Below the pieces are notes generated by a model. The model was given only the letters and a program-made list of their open reading frames with translations, was not told where the DNA came from and did no database searches. A stretch of DNA of 64,000 nt from Octopus sinensis (Eukaryota): positions 4,216,001 through 4,280,000 of the forward strand of contig NC_043008.1 in assembly GCF_006345805.1 (NCBI RefSeq). The letters run 5' to 3'. Positions 1 through 10,829 of this stretch are shown piece after piece. Position 1 is the first letter of the stretch. Each line of letters starts with the position of its first letter. The position numbers and the translations under genes are program-made.

Positions 1-887
1 GTGTACAATGGCAAGTAATGTTCATGCACCCATATATGTTAAACATTTGCAACATTACTGTATATAACTGTGTGTGTATGTTTGTATGTATATACATGCG
101 TGTGTGTGTGTTAACCAATATCTTCCACTATTGCATGTTTGTTAAGGATATAAGTATTGTCAAATAAACTGATAGTTTGTTTATTGTGTAAAAGTCAGCC
201 CGGGGCTAAAAATCTTAATAACTATGTTGTCACTGAACTCTTTTATTGAATCATACACAATTTTCAGAGACTGACAAAAGCTTTTTTTGACAAGGTTATA
301 GAGGAAGGCATTTGTTCAAGGGATAGCACAGTAGGATCGACTGTGGCTTCTCGTTATTGATTTATTTAAACATTTTGTATAAGAATAGGGAATTATTTGG
401 ACTCTTTTGAAAATGTCCTTGAAACCATTTGTTCTACATAGAATTGTGCATATTTCTCTTGTTGTTGTCACTGTTACAATTGGCCCATTGAAAGCCTATA
501 ATCAGTAATACAACTGTTTACTGATAGCAAAATGAATATAAAAGTTATAAATTATGGGATAATTCATTTCAGCATTCAGTCTTATGAGAAATCTTTCCAC
601 AGTCTGTTGGTTTCATTCCTTTTAAATTTATCTTTTACATCAGTTTTATAGTCTTACGGATTATGTTAAATATTTTTCTTAAGGACCAGAAATAGTTTGA
701 GAATAGATAAGGATTAGATAAGACCATATTTATATTGGAAAAATTAAAATCTTTATATTCTATTCCAATATTGTAACGTATCCGCAAGCCTCTGCAACAG
801 GAATAAATATTACTATCTGTATGAAATCCTATACAACCGATTGAAATGTTTATAACTTGGTTCTAAAATTAAACTATACCTTCTATA

Positions 888-1383
888 CTCTACTTGTTTC
901 AATCATTAGACTGTGGCCATGCTGGGGCATCGACTTGAACGTTTAGTCAAATGAATCGACCCCAGTACTTATTTTTTAAGCCTGGTATTTATTCTATCAG
1001 TTTCTTTTATTGAACTGCTAAGTTTTGGGCTGCAAACACTCCAACATTGGTTGTCAAGCAGTGGTGGGGAGGGACAAACACAGACAGAAAATACACACAC
1101 ACACATATATATATATAGTTGAAATTTAAAGAAAAATGAAAGATGAAGACACCTGTATAAATAACAAACAGGTGTATTAGTTTGACACTTGGGAAGGTGA
1201 GAAATTCTATATATATATATATGATGGGCTTCTTTCAGTCTCTGTCTGCCAAATCCACTCACAAAGCTTTGGTTGACCCAAGGCTATAGTAGAAAACACT
1301 TGCCTAAGGTGTCACACTACGGGACTAAAGCCAGAACCATGTGTTTGGGAAGCAAGCTTCTTACCACACAGCCACACCTGTGC
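888..1383 (-). mobile_element. tRNA-derived SINE, family A (head + CORE-like segment + ...GACTGAAACAAGTAAAAGA-type tail), with a nested insert at ~1119-1208
   Basis: Minus strand reads CAGGTGTGGCTGTGTGGTAAGAAGCTTGC (A-box-like), then CCTTAGGCAAGTG. Colinear with the copies at 5460, 10439, 31096 and 37308. Confidence 0.85.
1119..1208 (-). mobile_element. 3' fragment of the short hammerhead-bearing element family, inserted in (TA)n inside a SINE
   Basis: Reverse complement resembles 21400-21480 (AATACACCTGTTTGTTATTTATACAGGTGTCTTCATCTTT vs AAACATCTGTTTGTTTTGTACAACACCTGTCTTCGTCTTT). (TA)n on both sides. Confidence 0.6.
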
Positions 1384-1851
1384 CAACCCATTAAAATATT
1401 ATAATTCATGTCTAAAACCAAACTATATATGAGACAAATATTTAAAAATCTACAATTAACACTGACACCCAGAAAGTTAGGTCAACAGTTAAGTTAATGC
1501 ATTTTAAGAAATGCCTTTTAACCCATAAAATCAATATTTTAATATTCAGATCAGCAGCTTAAGGCATTTGGTTCAAAAAGTAAAACATTATAATGAAATT
1601 AATGTACTAAGACCCATACATTGGTATCTGAGCTCAATCTCTAAGCAGACCCTTCACTATTGCCATTACTTTGGGTAGCTTTCTCTTAAGACTATTAGAA
1701 TTTGAAACAAGTCTCCAAAGACTGTCAGAATAAGTTTTGCTGATGCGGTTGTGGAAGAAGGCATTTGTTTAAGGTACAGCACTGTAGGATTGAATGTTGC
1801 TTCTCATTATTGCAAAGCAATCATTTCTGTTGAACCCCTGCTCTAGTTTAG

Positions 1852-1862
<11 letters not shown>

Positions 1863-1918
<56 letters not shown>

Positions 1919-1924
1919 ACACAC
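1863..1924. repeat. (AC)n microsatellite
   Basis: Direct reading. Confidence 0.95.
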
Positions 1925-2439
1925 TTAAACACAAAGTATTTCTGCAATAGTCAGAGAAGTTCAAATGGGCTGCAGTGACATCAGACGAAATGCAAACTCA
2001 GTGAGTGATAAATGTTTTAAGAAAGGGTTTTGAAATGTCAACTGCACAAACATCACTTGTTACTCTCTCCATCAGAGATGCTGTCATCCAGTGATAGGCT
2101 CAATGGAAGCCCAGAGCTAATGCATTTGGTCACAAATGCATGACATAAAAAGGTAAAGAAAAAAAGACTTTCTAAATCCAATATAATTCAGCATTTACAT
2201 TTCGTGGCTAGTTTCTCCACTCATGTGAGCATTGGGCAATGTTTAGCAATGCTGGACGAGGCAAAAAATGAGATGTCCAGTCCTCTTAAACACATTCAGC
2301 ATCATGTGTTAGTAATAGACAACAGTGTTGAAAGCTTTGAATTCCTTATATAACTTCTTAAGCCACTTTCTTAACTACCTTGTGAAACAAAGGAATAATA
2401 AATTTGTTCTGCTTAAGAGATATTTAGGGGTGGAAAAAA

Positions 2440-2861
2440 GAGAGTCAAAGAAACCTAATCATTTATGGTAAGTGACACCATCAAGAGTATTCACCTTTTA
2501 TATTTACATTTCTGAATTTCGTTCACAGCCTTCTAACGAACATAAGGTTTCCTTCAAACATCACAAACCAACTGCTACTCACAGCATGTAAACTTGTAAA
2601 TTTTACAATTTAGAATTTAATTATTAAAACTTCTTAACGTAAAGTGAAATCTATCATGATATGCATCAAAAGGAGTTATCAGAAGGTTTCAGGGAGGTTC
2701 TTAAAATGCCTGATAGCACATTACAGTCGGGATTATATAACATATCTAAGAAACACATTTACGCAGAATCTTTAGAGTATCAGACAGCCTGACAGTCGGA
2801 AGAAGGTAACTGAGTCAAAACTTCAAAGTCACTATCAGCAATTTCTGCTTAAAAATATGAA

Positions 2862-2866
<5 letters not shown>
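2440..2866 (+). mobile_element. Highly decayed Penelope-like 3' fragment (GIY-YIG remnant + hammerhead remnant)
   Basis: NEHKVSFKHHK at 2535-2567 resembles the R-Y-x-x-H-x-x-S-F segment of PLE GIY-YIG domains. It is followed by a hammerhead-like motif and an ATTTCTGCTTAAAAAT end similar to 5341-5364, then (TA)n. Confidence 0.45.
2789..2838 (+). ncRNA. Decayed minimal hammerhead ribozyme motif
   Basis: CTGACAGT-[CGGAAGA]-AGGTAACTGAGTC-[AAAA]-CTTCAAAG-[TC]-ACTATCAG. Stem I is 7/8 paired; the core has U4>G and G12>A changes. Confidence 0.5.
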
Positions 2867-2944
<78 letters not shown>

Positions 2945-2997
2945 CATATATATATACACACACACACATATATATATATGAAATAAAATGCTCTGAT

Positions 2998-3160
2998 GAT
3001 GGTGTCATATAAAAACCACCCGGTGCACTCTGTAAGTGGTTGGCATTAGGAAGAGCATCCAAGCCCGACCAGACTACAGAACCTGGTGCAGCCCCTGACC
3101 ATGCCATTTCCTTTCAAGCTGTCCAACTCATACCAGCATGGAAAGCAGATGTTAGATGTT
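2998..3160 (+). mobile_element. RTE LINE 3' UTR fragment
   Basis: GTGGTTGGCATTAGGAAGAGCATCC...CCAGCATGGAAAGCAGATGTTAGATG is the reverse complement of the (CAT)n-ended family at 15228 and 34503. Confidence 0.75.
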
Positions 3161-3340
3161 ATTGAGGCCACATTTTACAGTCACATATATCTTTGTTGCT
3201 CTTCTTTCACAAACCTTTCATGCAACCCTTCATTTATCTTCAATTATATTCTTACTATATATATATGTATGTATGTATTATGTATGTATATATTTGTGTG
3301 TGTGTGTATATAAATGTGTGTATATATATATATATATTTA

Positions 3341-3398
<58 letters not shown>

Positions 3399-3419
3399 CA
3401 ATAGAGTGCTTAAACTCAG

Positions 3420-4520
3420 GCTAGTCATGCAAAATAGTATAGCTACCAAATGAAAAGAAGGACCACTCTTATGATATTCTTCTGCAGGCTACCTCAAAGA
3501 CAAGTGGCAGTGATCTCATCTTGTGGCTGGAGATTTTGGTATGTCAGAATGGGCATGTTGGACAGCAACCTGGTATCTTCCATGGTGTACATGGGGACCA
3601 TGGAATTGGTTGCTGAAACAAAGAGAAAAATAGGCTGCTGGAGTTCTGTGAAGCAAATAATCTATTGATCTGCAACTCCAACTTCAGGAAACCAGCCAGC
3701 CACCTGATAACCAATCAATCAGGCGACTCTGCTAGCCAAATTAACTTCATTCTCACCAGACAGCGGGATGCATGGTTGCTCTTAAATACAAAGACCCTCC
3801 CTGGTGAAGAACGTACTCCCCAGCATTGACTAGTTATAAGTGAGTTTAGACTCGAGGCCAGAAGGATACCAATCTGGAAAAGAAGGATTTGGCAGCTTAA
3901 GAACCTTTCACATGGTCAGAGATTTAGGGGCATCCTCATTGAGAAATTTGATGAGAGGGACTTGTAGCATAGAAGACAACCAGGAGTTCCTGTGAGACAG
4001 CTTTCTGTAGCTGGTGCAAAATCCCTTCCAGCCCTAGGGTAACATGGTGGTGGTGGTGGAACAATACTGTAGACAGGGCCATTAGAACAAAGAAACAGAC
4101 CTGGAAGAGTTGAGTAGCAGGGAACTGTATCAGATAGCCAGAAGGGAAGCTAGGAGACAGATGTACATAGCCAGGGGAGAAGCAGAAAAGAAGAAGTTTG
4201 CCAATGTCCAGTGACATGAGGACCAACGAACTGAAGTATTTCGGATTGCTTGACAGAGGGTGAAAGAAAATTGTGACGTTAGAGAAGAGGAATGTGTCTG
4301 CATAGATGAGGGCACACTTGCATTTAATGATTCTGCAAAGAAAGACGCTTGGAGATGCTATTATGAAAGACTGCTGAATGTGGAGAATGAATGGGAGGAG
4401 GAGAGCCTGCCCAATGTTGACCCAGTTGAGGGACCAGCTACCCAAATCGACAGCACCCTTGGAGATAAAGCAATTAAGGATATGAAGATAGGGAAAGCCC
4501 CTGGCCCATCAGAATCACTG
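3420..4520 (+). pseudogene. RTE-clade LINE fragment: APE endonuclease C-terminal part and EN-RT linker, frameshifted
   Basis: Translated pieces include ICNSNFRK, INFILTR, KTLPGEERTPQH, WRCYYERLLNVENEW and AIKDMKIGKAPGPS (the GKAPGxD-type motif just before RT). Confidence 0.85.
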
Positions 4521-4813
4521 ATGCTTCTTAGGTCCAACTTTTCTTTCAAGGTACTTACACTCTGTTGAGTATGCACACTGACATTACACATCTATCGGAG
4601 CATATTAGCTTCATTCCTTGCGCGCTGACTGTTTCACTGCCATGTAGCATGGCTGTTCGTACACATGTGTCATACAGTCTACCTTTTACTCTGAGCGAGA
4701 GGCCCTTTCTCACCAGCAGAGGTAAGAGCTCTCTGAACTTTGCCCAGGCTATTCTTATTCTAGCAGCTACACTTTCAGCACACCCTCCCCAGCTACTGAC
4801 CTGGTCACGTAAA
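4518..4813 (-). pseudogene. RTE-clade LINE fragment, post-RT C-terminal region, opposite orientation to the adjacent fragment
   Basis: Minus strand gives ARIRIAWAKFRELLPLLVRKGLSLRVKGRLYDTCVRTAMLHGSET...MCNVSVHTQQSVSTLKEKLDLRSI. Confidence 0.85.
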
Positions 4814-4877
4814 ACATAAATCTGACCTCAAATATCTTACGTACTCGTATATATATATATATATGTATATGTTTGTG

Positions 4878-4904
<27 letters not shown>

Positions 4905-4908
<4 letters not shown>

Positions 4909-5221
4909 AAGGAAATGAAGAAAATGCTGACAAATAATTGAAGTAATTTAAGTAATTTAATTAGGTGAAAGTTCTTTTTACCGGTTGCGCATTTGTTATG
5001 CTTATCAAAATATAAAAGAGAGATTAGAGTTCCTTTCTTATAGAATTTTTCCTCTTATCTGGAAAAGATAAGAGGAAAAATTCTATAAGAAAGGAACTCT
5101 AATCTCTCTTTTATATTTTGATAAGCATAACAAATGCGCAACCGGTAAAAAGAACTTTCACCTAATTAAATTACTTAAATTACTTCAATTATTTGTCAGC
5201 ATTTTCTTCATTTCCTTTTTT
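4905..5221. repeat. Perfect 156-bp inverted repeat with 5-nt loop, made of a Penelope-like 3' end
   Basis: 4905-5060 is the exact reverse complement of 5066-5221; loop GGAAA at 5061-5065. The arm end (AATTATTTGTCAGCATTTTCT) resembles the Penelope 3' end near 22795-22815 on the minus strand. Confidence 0.95.
5116..5149 (+). ncRNA. Variant minimal hammerhead motif (U3-A8 core, A13>C); mirror copy at 4977-5010 on minus
   Basis: TT-[TTGATAA]-GCAT-AACAA-ATGC-[GCAA]-CCGG-[TA]-AA: 4-bp stem II and palindromic stem III (ACCGGT). Stem I is weak. Confidence 0.55.
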
Positions 5222-5285
5222 ATATATCACCACTCGTGTTCGACATCTCCTTTTTTTAAATATATATATATATATATATATATAT

Positions 5286-5339
5286 AACAAAAACTGTCTG
5301 ATGAACGGCAACGAGAAACTCAGAGTAACAGATTTTGTT
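5286..5339 (+). ncRNA. Minimal type I hammerhead ribozyme with canonical core
   Basis: AACAAAA-A-CTGT-[CTGATGA]-A-CG-GCAA-CG-A-[GAAA]-CTC-A-GAG-[TA]-ACAG-A-TTTTGTT. Stem I is 4+7 bp, stem II has a GNRA loop, stem III is quasi-palindromic, and the predicted GUA cleavage site is at 5327. Confidence 0.8.
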
Positions 5340-5459
5340 GAATTTTCTGCTGCTTAAAATAAAGTATATATATATATATATATACGTATGTGTGTGTGTA
5401 TATATATATGTATGTGTGTGTGTGCATATATATATATAATATAAATAAATAAAATATAT

Positions 5460-5860
5460 ACTCTTTTACTTGTTTCAGTCATTTGACTGCAGCCATGCTG
5501 GAGCACTGCCTTTAGTCGAGCAAGTCGACCCCGGTACTTATTCTTTGTAAGCCCAGTACTTATTCTATCGGTCTCTTTTGCTGAACCGCTAAGTGACGGG
5601 AACATAAACACACCAGCATCGGTGGTCCAGCAATGCTAGGGGGACAAACACAGAACACAAACACACACACACATACATATATATATACATATATACGACA
5701 GGCTTCTTTCAGTTTCCGTCTACCAAATCCACTCACAAGGCATTGGTCGGCCCGGGGTTATAGCAGAAGACACTTGCCCAAGATGCCACGCAGTGGGACT
5801 GAACCCGGAACCATGTGGTTGGTTACCAAGCTACTTACCACACAGCCACTCCTGCGCCTA
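5460..5860 (-). mobile_element. tRNA-derived SINE family A, well-preserved full-length copy
   Basis: Minus strand: GGCGCAGGAGTGGCTGTGTGGTAAG (A box), GGTTCAGTCCC (B-box-like), CTTGGGCAAGTGTCTT (CORE-like), then TGACTGAAACAAGTAAAAGAG tail. Embedded in (TA)n. Confidence 0.9.
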
Positions 5861-6393
5861 TATATATGCATATATACATATATGTACATACTTACATCTA
5901 CATGTATATATACATGCATATATATGCATATATTTTATTTATTTATATTATTATATGACTGAATGCACGCGTTATTTCTCTTCTCCAAGTTTTTATTTAT
6001 ATATATATATATATATAACCTCAAGGCAGTGCTCCAGTATGGCGACAGTCAAATGACTGAATCAAGTAAAAGAATATGTATGTATGTGGTGTGTGTTTAC
6101 ATAGATATAGTTTAATGTACACAGTATATAGGTATAAGCTACTAATAGTTTCACACATCCTGCATTGCCTTTAGAACTAAAAAAAGAGTGTCTGCTTAAA
6201 TGTATATCTGTGTGTATGTATAAGCATATATCTATATAATTGTATATATTTACATACATGGGTTTCATATTTTTAATTATACACTCTCACATATTATTGT
6301 TAGAGTTGTTAAGTGACAAATAACGACAATGATTTATTGAAGCCAGGACTCAATAATGATGGTAAACTGAAATTTATTAGACATACAAATTCC

Positions 6394-6436
6394 GAGTTGA
6401 CTTCAGTTTTCACCTCTTGAGGTTTCTTCAAACCTC
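6394..6436 (-). ncRNA. Decayed minimal hammerhead-like motif
   Basis: Minus strand: GAGGT-[TTGAAGA]-A-ACCTC-AA-GAGGT-[GAAA]-ACTGAAG-[TC]-AACTC. Strong stem II, stem I 4/5 paired. Confidence 0.45.
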
Positions 6437-7158
6437 TTGAATAAGCCCTCTCTTATTTTTGCTTTTCATGCTCTATCTGTCTGTCTATCAGTTTGTATGC
6501 CTATACAACTGTGCGTTTTTATCTAAAATCACATATATATATTCTGTCATCTTGCATGTGGAGATTTTAATCATGTCACTGGAGGATATGTGACTATCAC
6601 TTCCATTTTATGAAAATATGTCCTCTGATATAATTCCCTTTAGCATATATGAAATTGTAAATTTAGTTTTGTGTGTGTCTAAATCATTCTTTTACCGTTT
6701 CTTTCCACTTCTGAAATATCACACACTAATGGCCTGGACCTTCAGAATCTCATATTTCAAGCAATTTTCTCAATACATATTGTCAAAAATCAATTTCATG
6801 AAGAATTCTAGAGAATTCTAAGAATTAACAAATACATTGAATTCCATGTAATAACATTGGAGAAGAATTTAGGAATGTGTAATACGATTCTTATAGTAAA
6901 ACTAAAATTTATAATGAGTGAGTGCCCTCGCGATTTATTGTAATCCATCAAAAATATTAGAAAAACTCATCTCTAAACATTCTGAGTTTCAGTTCAGATA
7001 TGCTCTTATTTAAAAAAAAGATGAAGAGATATTTCCAGCTGGGTTTCTTTTGCTTATAAGACTGCTTGGTCTGGGCAGACTCGGGGTTAAACTACAACAA
7101 AAAAACATCAACTACAGCAATGATGTAACTTTTACTTGATTTCTCAATGTTTTAATAA

Positions 7159-9595
7159 CACTGGTCAACAAAATTCAAACTTTTTCATGTCCCATGAACT
7201 AAAGAAAGGGAATTTTATAGTACTTTTAATACAGATTTCGAATCTGATTTTAGAATTTTTCTATCTGGCACGGTTTTAATGTGACAGAGTAATTAAATTA
7301 TACGATAAATGTACTATATTAATGCAGAACTAAGACTGACAATTATGATTGCTCAACAGAATTAATGAAAAATTCTCTCCTACAAACAAAAGTAGTTGAA
7401 CTTAATAGCATTTTATCTGCAGAATTCAAGTGTGTTTTCAAATTTTTTTTCTACAAGTCATAGTGTTTCTGTGAAAGCATGTGTAAATTGTTAAACAATT
7501 GTATTTCATGAATTCAAAAACCAGGCGGATATTACAAGGAAACTTACCTTTAAAACATAGAGCGTATGATTGTCAATTCTATTTAGCTTCTGGAATGTCC
7601 CTTTTTAGTGACCCACAATAATCAGCCAACATAGAAGAGCTCCTCTTTCCTTGGTACCAGGTCTTCATGTTCAGAATGTCCTGGTGAAACCTTTCACCAT
7701 GTTTGTTACTGACATCCCCAAAATTTGCTTGGAAAAAGTCCAAGTGAGAGTTCAAGATGTGGACTTTTAGGTTCATATTGCTTTCCAAGACCTTGTGTGA
7801 TGTCAATAGCTCTTTCACAACGTCAGAATAGGTCTCTGCTCTGTCATTTCCCCAAAACGCTCAGTAAACTTTCTTAAGTGACAGCCATGCAGCTTTTTTA
7901 ACATCATTGGGCTCTTCATCAAACTTTTGGGCTCTCATCAGCTCCCTAATCTGTGGCCCAACAAAAATACTTTCCTTGATTTTTATGTTACTTACTCTTG
8001 GAAATTCAGTTTTCAAATACACAAATCCTTTGTCAGTTCTCTCCATACCTTTGACGAAATTCTTCACCAACCCTAGCTTAATATGCAAAGGAGGTAGATA
8101 AATTTTCTCAGAATCACTAAGGGGAGGATTGAAGATATTCTTCTGTCCATAAGTCAGAGATCATTCCAGCCACACATTCTTTTCATAATGATTTTTCTTA
8201 TCCTTAGTGTCCCACTCTCAGAGAAAGCAACCAAACTTGGTGTAACCCAGCTGCATTCCAAGTACAAGTACCACAACCTTTGGGTTACCATAAATATTCC
8301 ACTTTTGTTCTTCCTATTAACTTTTTGCAACAGAAACTTCATAATCTCATATGTGTCCTTCATGTTAGCTGCATGGGCCAGAAGAACAGAAAGAAACTAA
8401 TTTCCATTCTGGAGTAAAACTGCTTTCAGGCTTACTTTTGAGGAGTCAATAAACAAACGCCACTCATTCGTGCCATACTTGTGGTTAAGTTTGTCCATAA
8501 CAGATTACACTTCATTACAAAACACCATCCTCAAGTGAGAAAAAATTTGCATAATCATAATGCCGAGAACGATAAAAACTTTGTTCTCTTTCTGGAGAGG
8601 ATTCCAGCCCTTTAACCTGGAACCAAGAAGTTCAGCTTGCTTTTTCGACAAGTTTAAATCCCGTTCAACATCGTTCAGATCTCCCTGACTCAACAAATGT
8701 GGTTCACTTGAAGAACAGTCAAGCTCAAAGTCCATGGCTTCTGTTTCTTTCTCACTGTTACTGTCATTTGTTTTGGAGGGTCAGGTACAGGTAAGGGTTG
8801 ACTGTGAACTACTGATCTCATAGCAGACTGTAAATTAGGATATTTTGCAGTCTGCTTGGATTTTGATGTTATACCTGTATATTCGTCAGGCAGAAGTAGC
8901 AATCTAAAGTGTGATCTTTGGGCTCTCTCCAAATCATAGGGATGCCAAAAGGCATATGGTGTAAGCCTTTGGCCCATGCAGTGAGAAGCCTGACACATGT
9001 TACACAACATGCACATGAGGGGCCCAGCTTTTATCCTGGTCACCCACTTTGCAGTCAAAATAATGCTTATAGCAATTTTTAATCAATGACGGGAAATGCT
9101 GTCTTTGTGATTTGAATGTTAAGTCACTGCAAATATAGCAAAAGTTGTTTGCGATGTTTATACAGTTTCTTGGCATTTATACAGTTTATACAGTTTGTTT
9201 ATACAATTTCTTGGCATATTCCATTCAAGGTGAATGGAATATGTGAACTTAGTACGCAACCGCACGCCTCCACTTCAAGCACAGTACTGACAAAGCATCG
9301 GTGATTCATTGACTCAGTGTTGTTAAGCTTCAGTGACTCATTGACTCTGATAGCTAGATTAATGATTTCATTAAGTTAATTCTATTCTTAAACATTTGAA
9401 TTAGGAGTATTTCTTAAACCGTTCACATTTCAACAGCTTAACTGAAATTTAGCCCATGTAACAGGAACTGAGAGGGATACCGCAGAAAAGAGAAACTGTA
9501 GGGGATAAAGAAAACTTGACATTTTTGAATTCTACATGCATAAACATATGATGCAGGTATTCTGTTTCTTGGGACAAATTCTTTGTTGATCAATG
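7159..9595 (-). mobile_element. Full-length decayed DNA transposon, Chapaev3-type (CMC group)
   Basis: Left TIR CACTGGTCAACAAA (7159-7172); right TIR TTTGTTGATCAATG (9582-9595, 2 mismatches); TAA on both flanks (7156-7158, 9596-9598). Contains transposase remnants. Confidence 0.85.
7579..9217 (-). pseudogene. Chapaev3-type transposase, frameshifted
   Basis: N-terminal MPRNCINIANNFCYICS...VGDQDKSWAPH; LNLSKKQAELLGSRLKGWN; PPLHIKLGLVKNFVKGM; HILNSHLDFF...HGERFHQDI...MLADYC. Spread over several frames. Confidence 0.85.
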
Positions 9596-9949
9596 TAATA
9601 GAAGCTAGTCTTCTTTAAATCACATTTTAAAAATAGGTTATTCGTAATTTCCACCACTTGGATCAATAACCTGGTTATAAAATCAAAACCTGTACTGAAC
9701 CACCCTTCTCTTAAAATGCACAGGTTTATCACTGATAAAATGATACTTGATCCGCCCAAATCAGAACTGTCCTTGGGTTAAACAACAGCAAAAACTTATG
9801 GAATTTGTTATTCAATTTGTTATATGGTAACTTCATCTTCTAAAGATATCACGCATAAATGCCAAGAATTCAACATTAAGAAAAATAAGCATATTTTAAA
9901 TGTCTTATGAAACAAAACTGATTTCTCAGAATATAAGACATTTCCATTG

Positions 9950-10180
9950 AGTTGTTTGTTGTGGTTTAGCCCCGGATCAGCACTCGGTCAACCCTGACCA
10001 AGCAAATGCATGATCAAAAGAATCTTCATCACAACCATATTATTCAAAAATGGTTTGTCTCAGCTTGCAATATCCAGTTGTCCTTCTTTTTTTTCTTTTT
10101 AATGATACTGGAGTGTAAATTGAGAGATTTGGCTGCTGTTTCTAGCGATATGAATAACTACACTAATATTCTGTAGTTGA
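9950..10180 (-). mobile_element. Old SINE-like repeat, family D ((AAC)n-tailed); representative copy
   Basis: Recurrent motifs TTTAGCCCC..TCAG, TGATCAAA, GAGATTTGGCTGCTGTTTCTAGC. Related copies, in both orientations, near 7040, 9700, 14330, 27500, 29110, 30770, 31470, 39470, 47300, 49530, 49890, 50980, 54600 and 55120. Confidence 0.7.
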
Positions 10181-10438
10181 AATCAATCATTTATTTTTTT
10201 CTGTTTCTGGCTGCATCAGAGTGATTTGAGTGCCTCTGCCCTTACTACAAGGCTTCTGAGATTTTGGTGAGGAAAGAGTGGAATATACCACACCTCATGG
10301 GTTACCATCAAAACTATCTATCTGCTAGCCAGAAAGTGAACCTGTTTTGCAATTACATGAAAATATCTCAAGATACCAACTCAGGTGATAGCATGTCGAT
10401 ATCAGCTCAGTGGAATTGTCCTAAATTATCATTATCAT

Positions 10439-10797
10439 AGGCACAGGTGTGGTTATAGGGGTTAAGAAGCTTGTTTTGCAACCACCTGGTTCTGAGGCCC
10501 AGCACCACACATCACCTTGAGCAAGGGTTTTCTGTTATATCCCCTGGTTGACCAATACCTTATGAGTGAATTTGATTGATGGAAACTATGTAGAAGCCCA
10601 TTATATATTTGTGTGTGTTCCTCCTTCTACCACTTGTGTTGGTTTGTTTATGTTTCTGTAACTTAGCAGTTTGGCAAAAGAGACTGATGGCATAAGCACC
10701 AACCTTGGAAAAGAAAGATAAGTACCAAGATTGATTTATTTGACTGAATCCTTCAAGACTGTGCCCCAGCATGGCCACAGTTCTATGACTGTATAAG
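10439..10797 (+). mobile_element. SINE family A, diverged copy
   Basis: GGCACAGGTGTGGTT...CCTTGAGCAAG...GTGCCCCAGCATGGCCACAG...ATGACTG, colinear with the reverse complement of 5460-5860. Confidence 0.8.
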
Positions 10798-10829
10798 ATG
10801 ATGGGCTGACTATTGATATCAATGATGAG

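Noticed and set aside
5780-5860. tRNA gene
   Set aside because: A/B-box-like motifs are present but I see no complete cloverleaf. It is the head of a multi-copy SINE; the same holds at 37740 and 32171.
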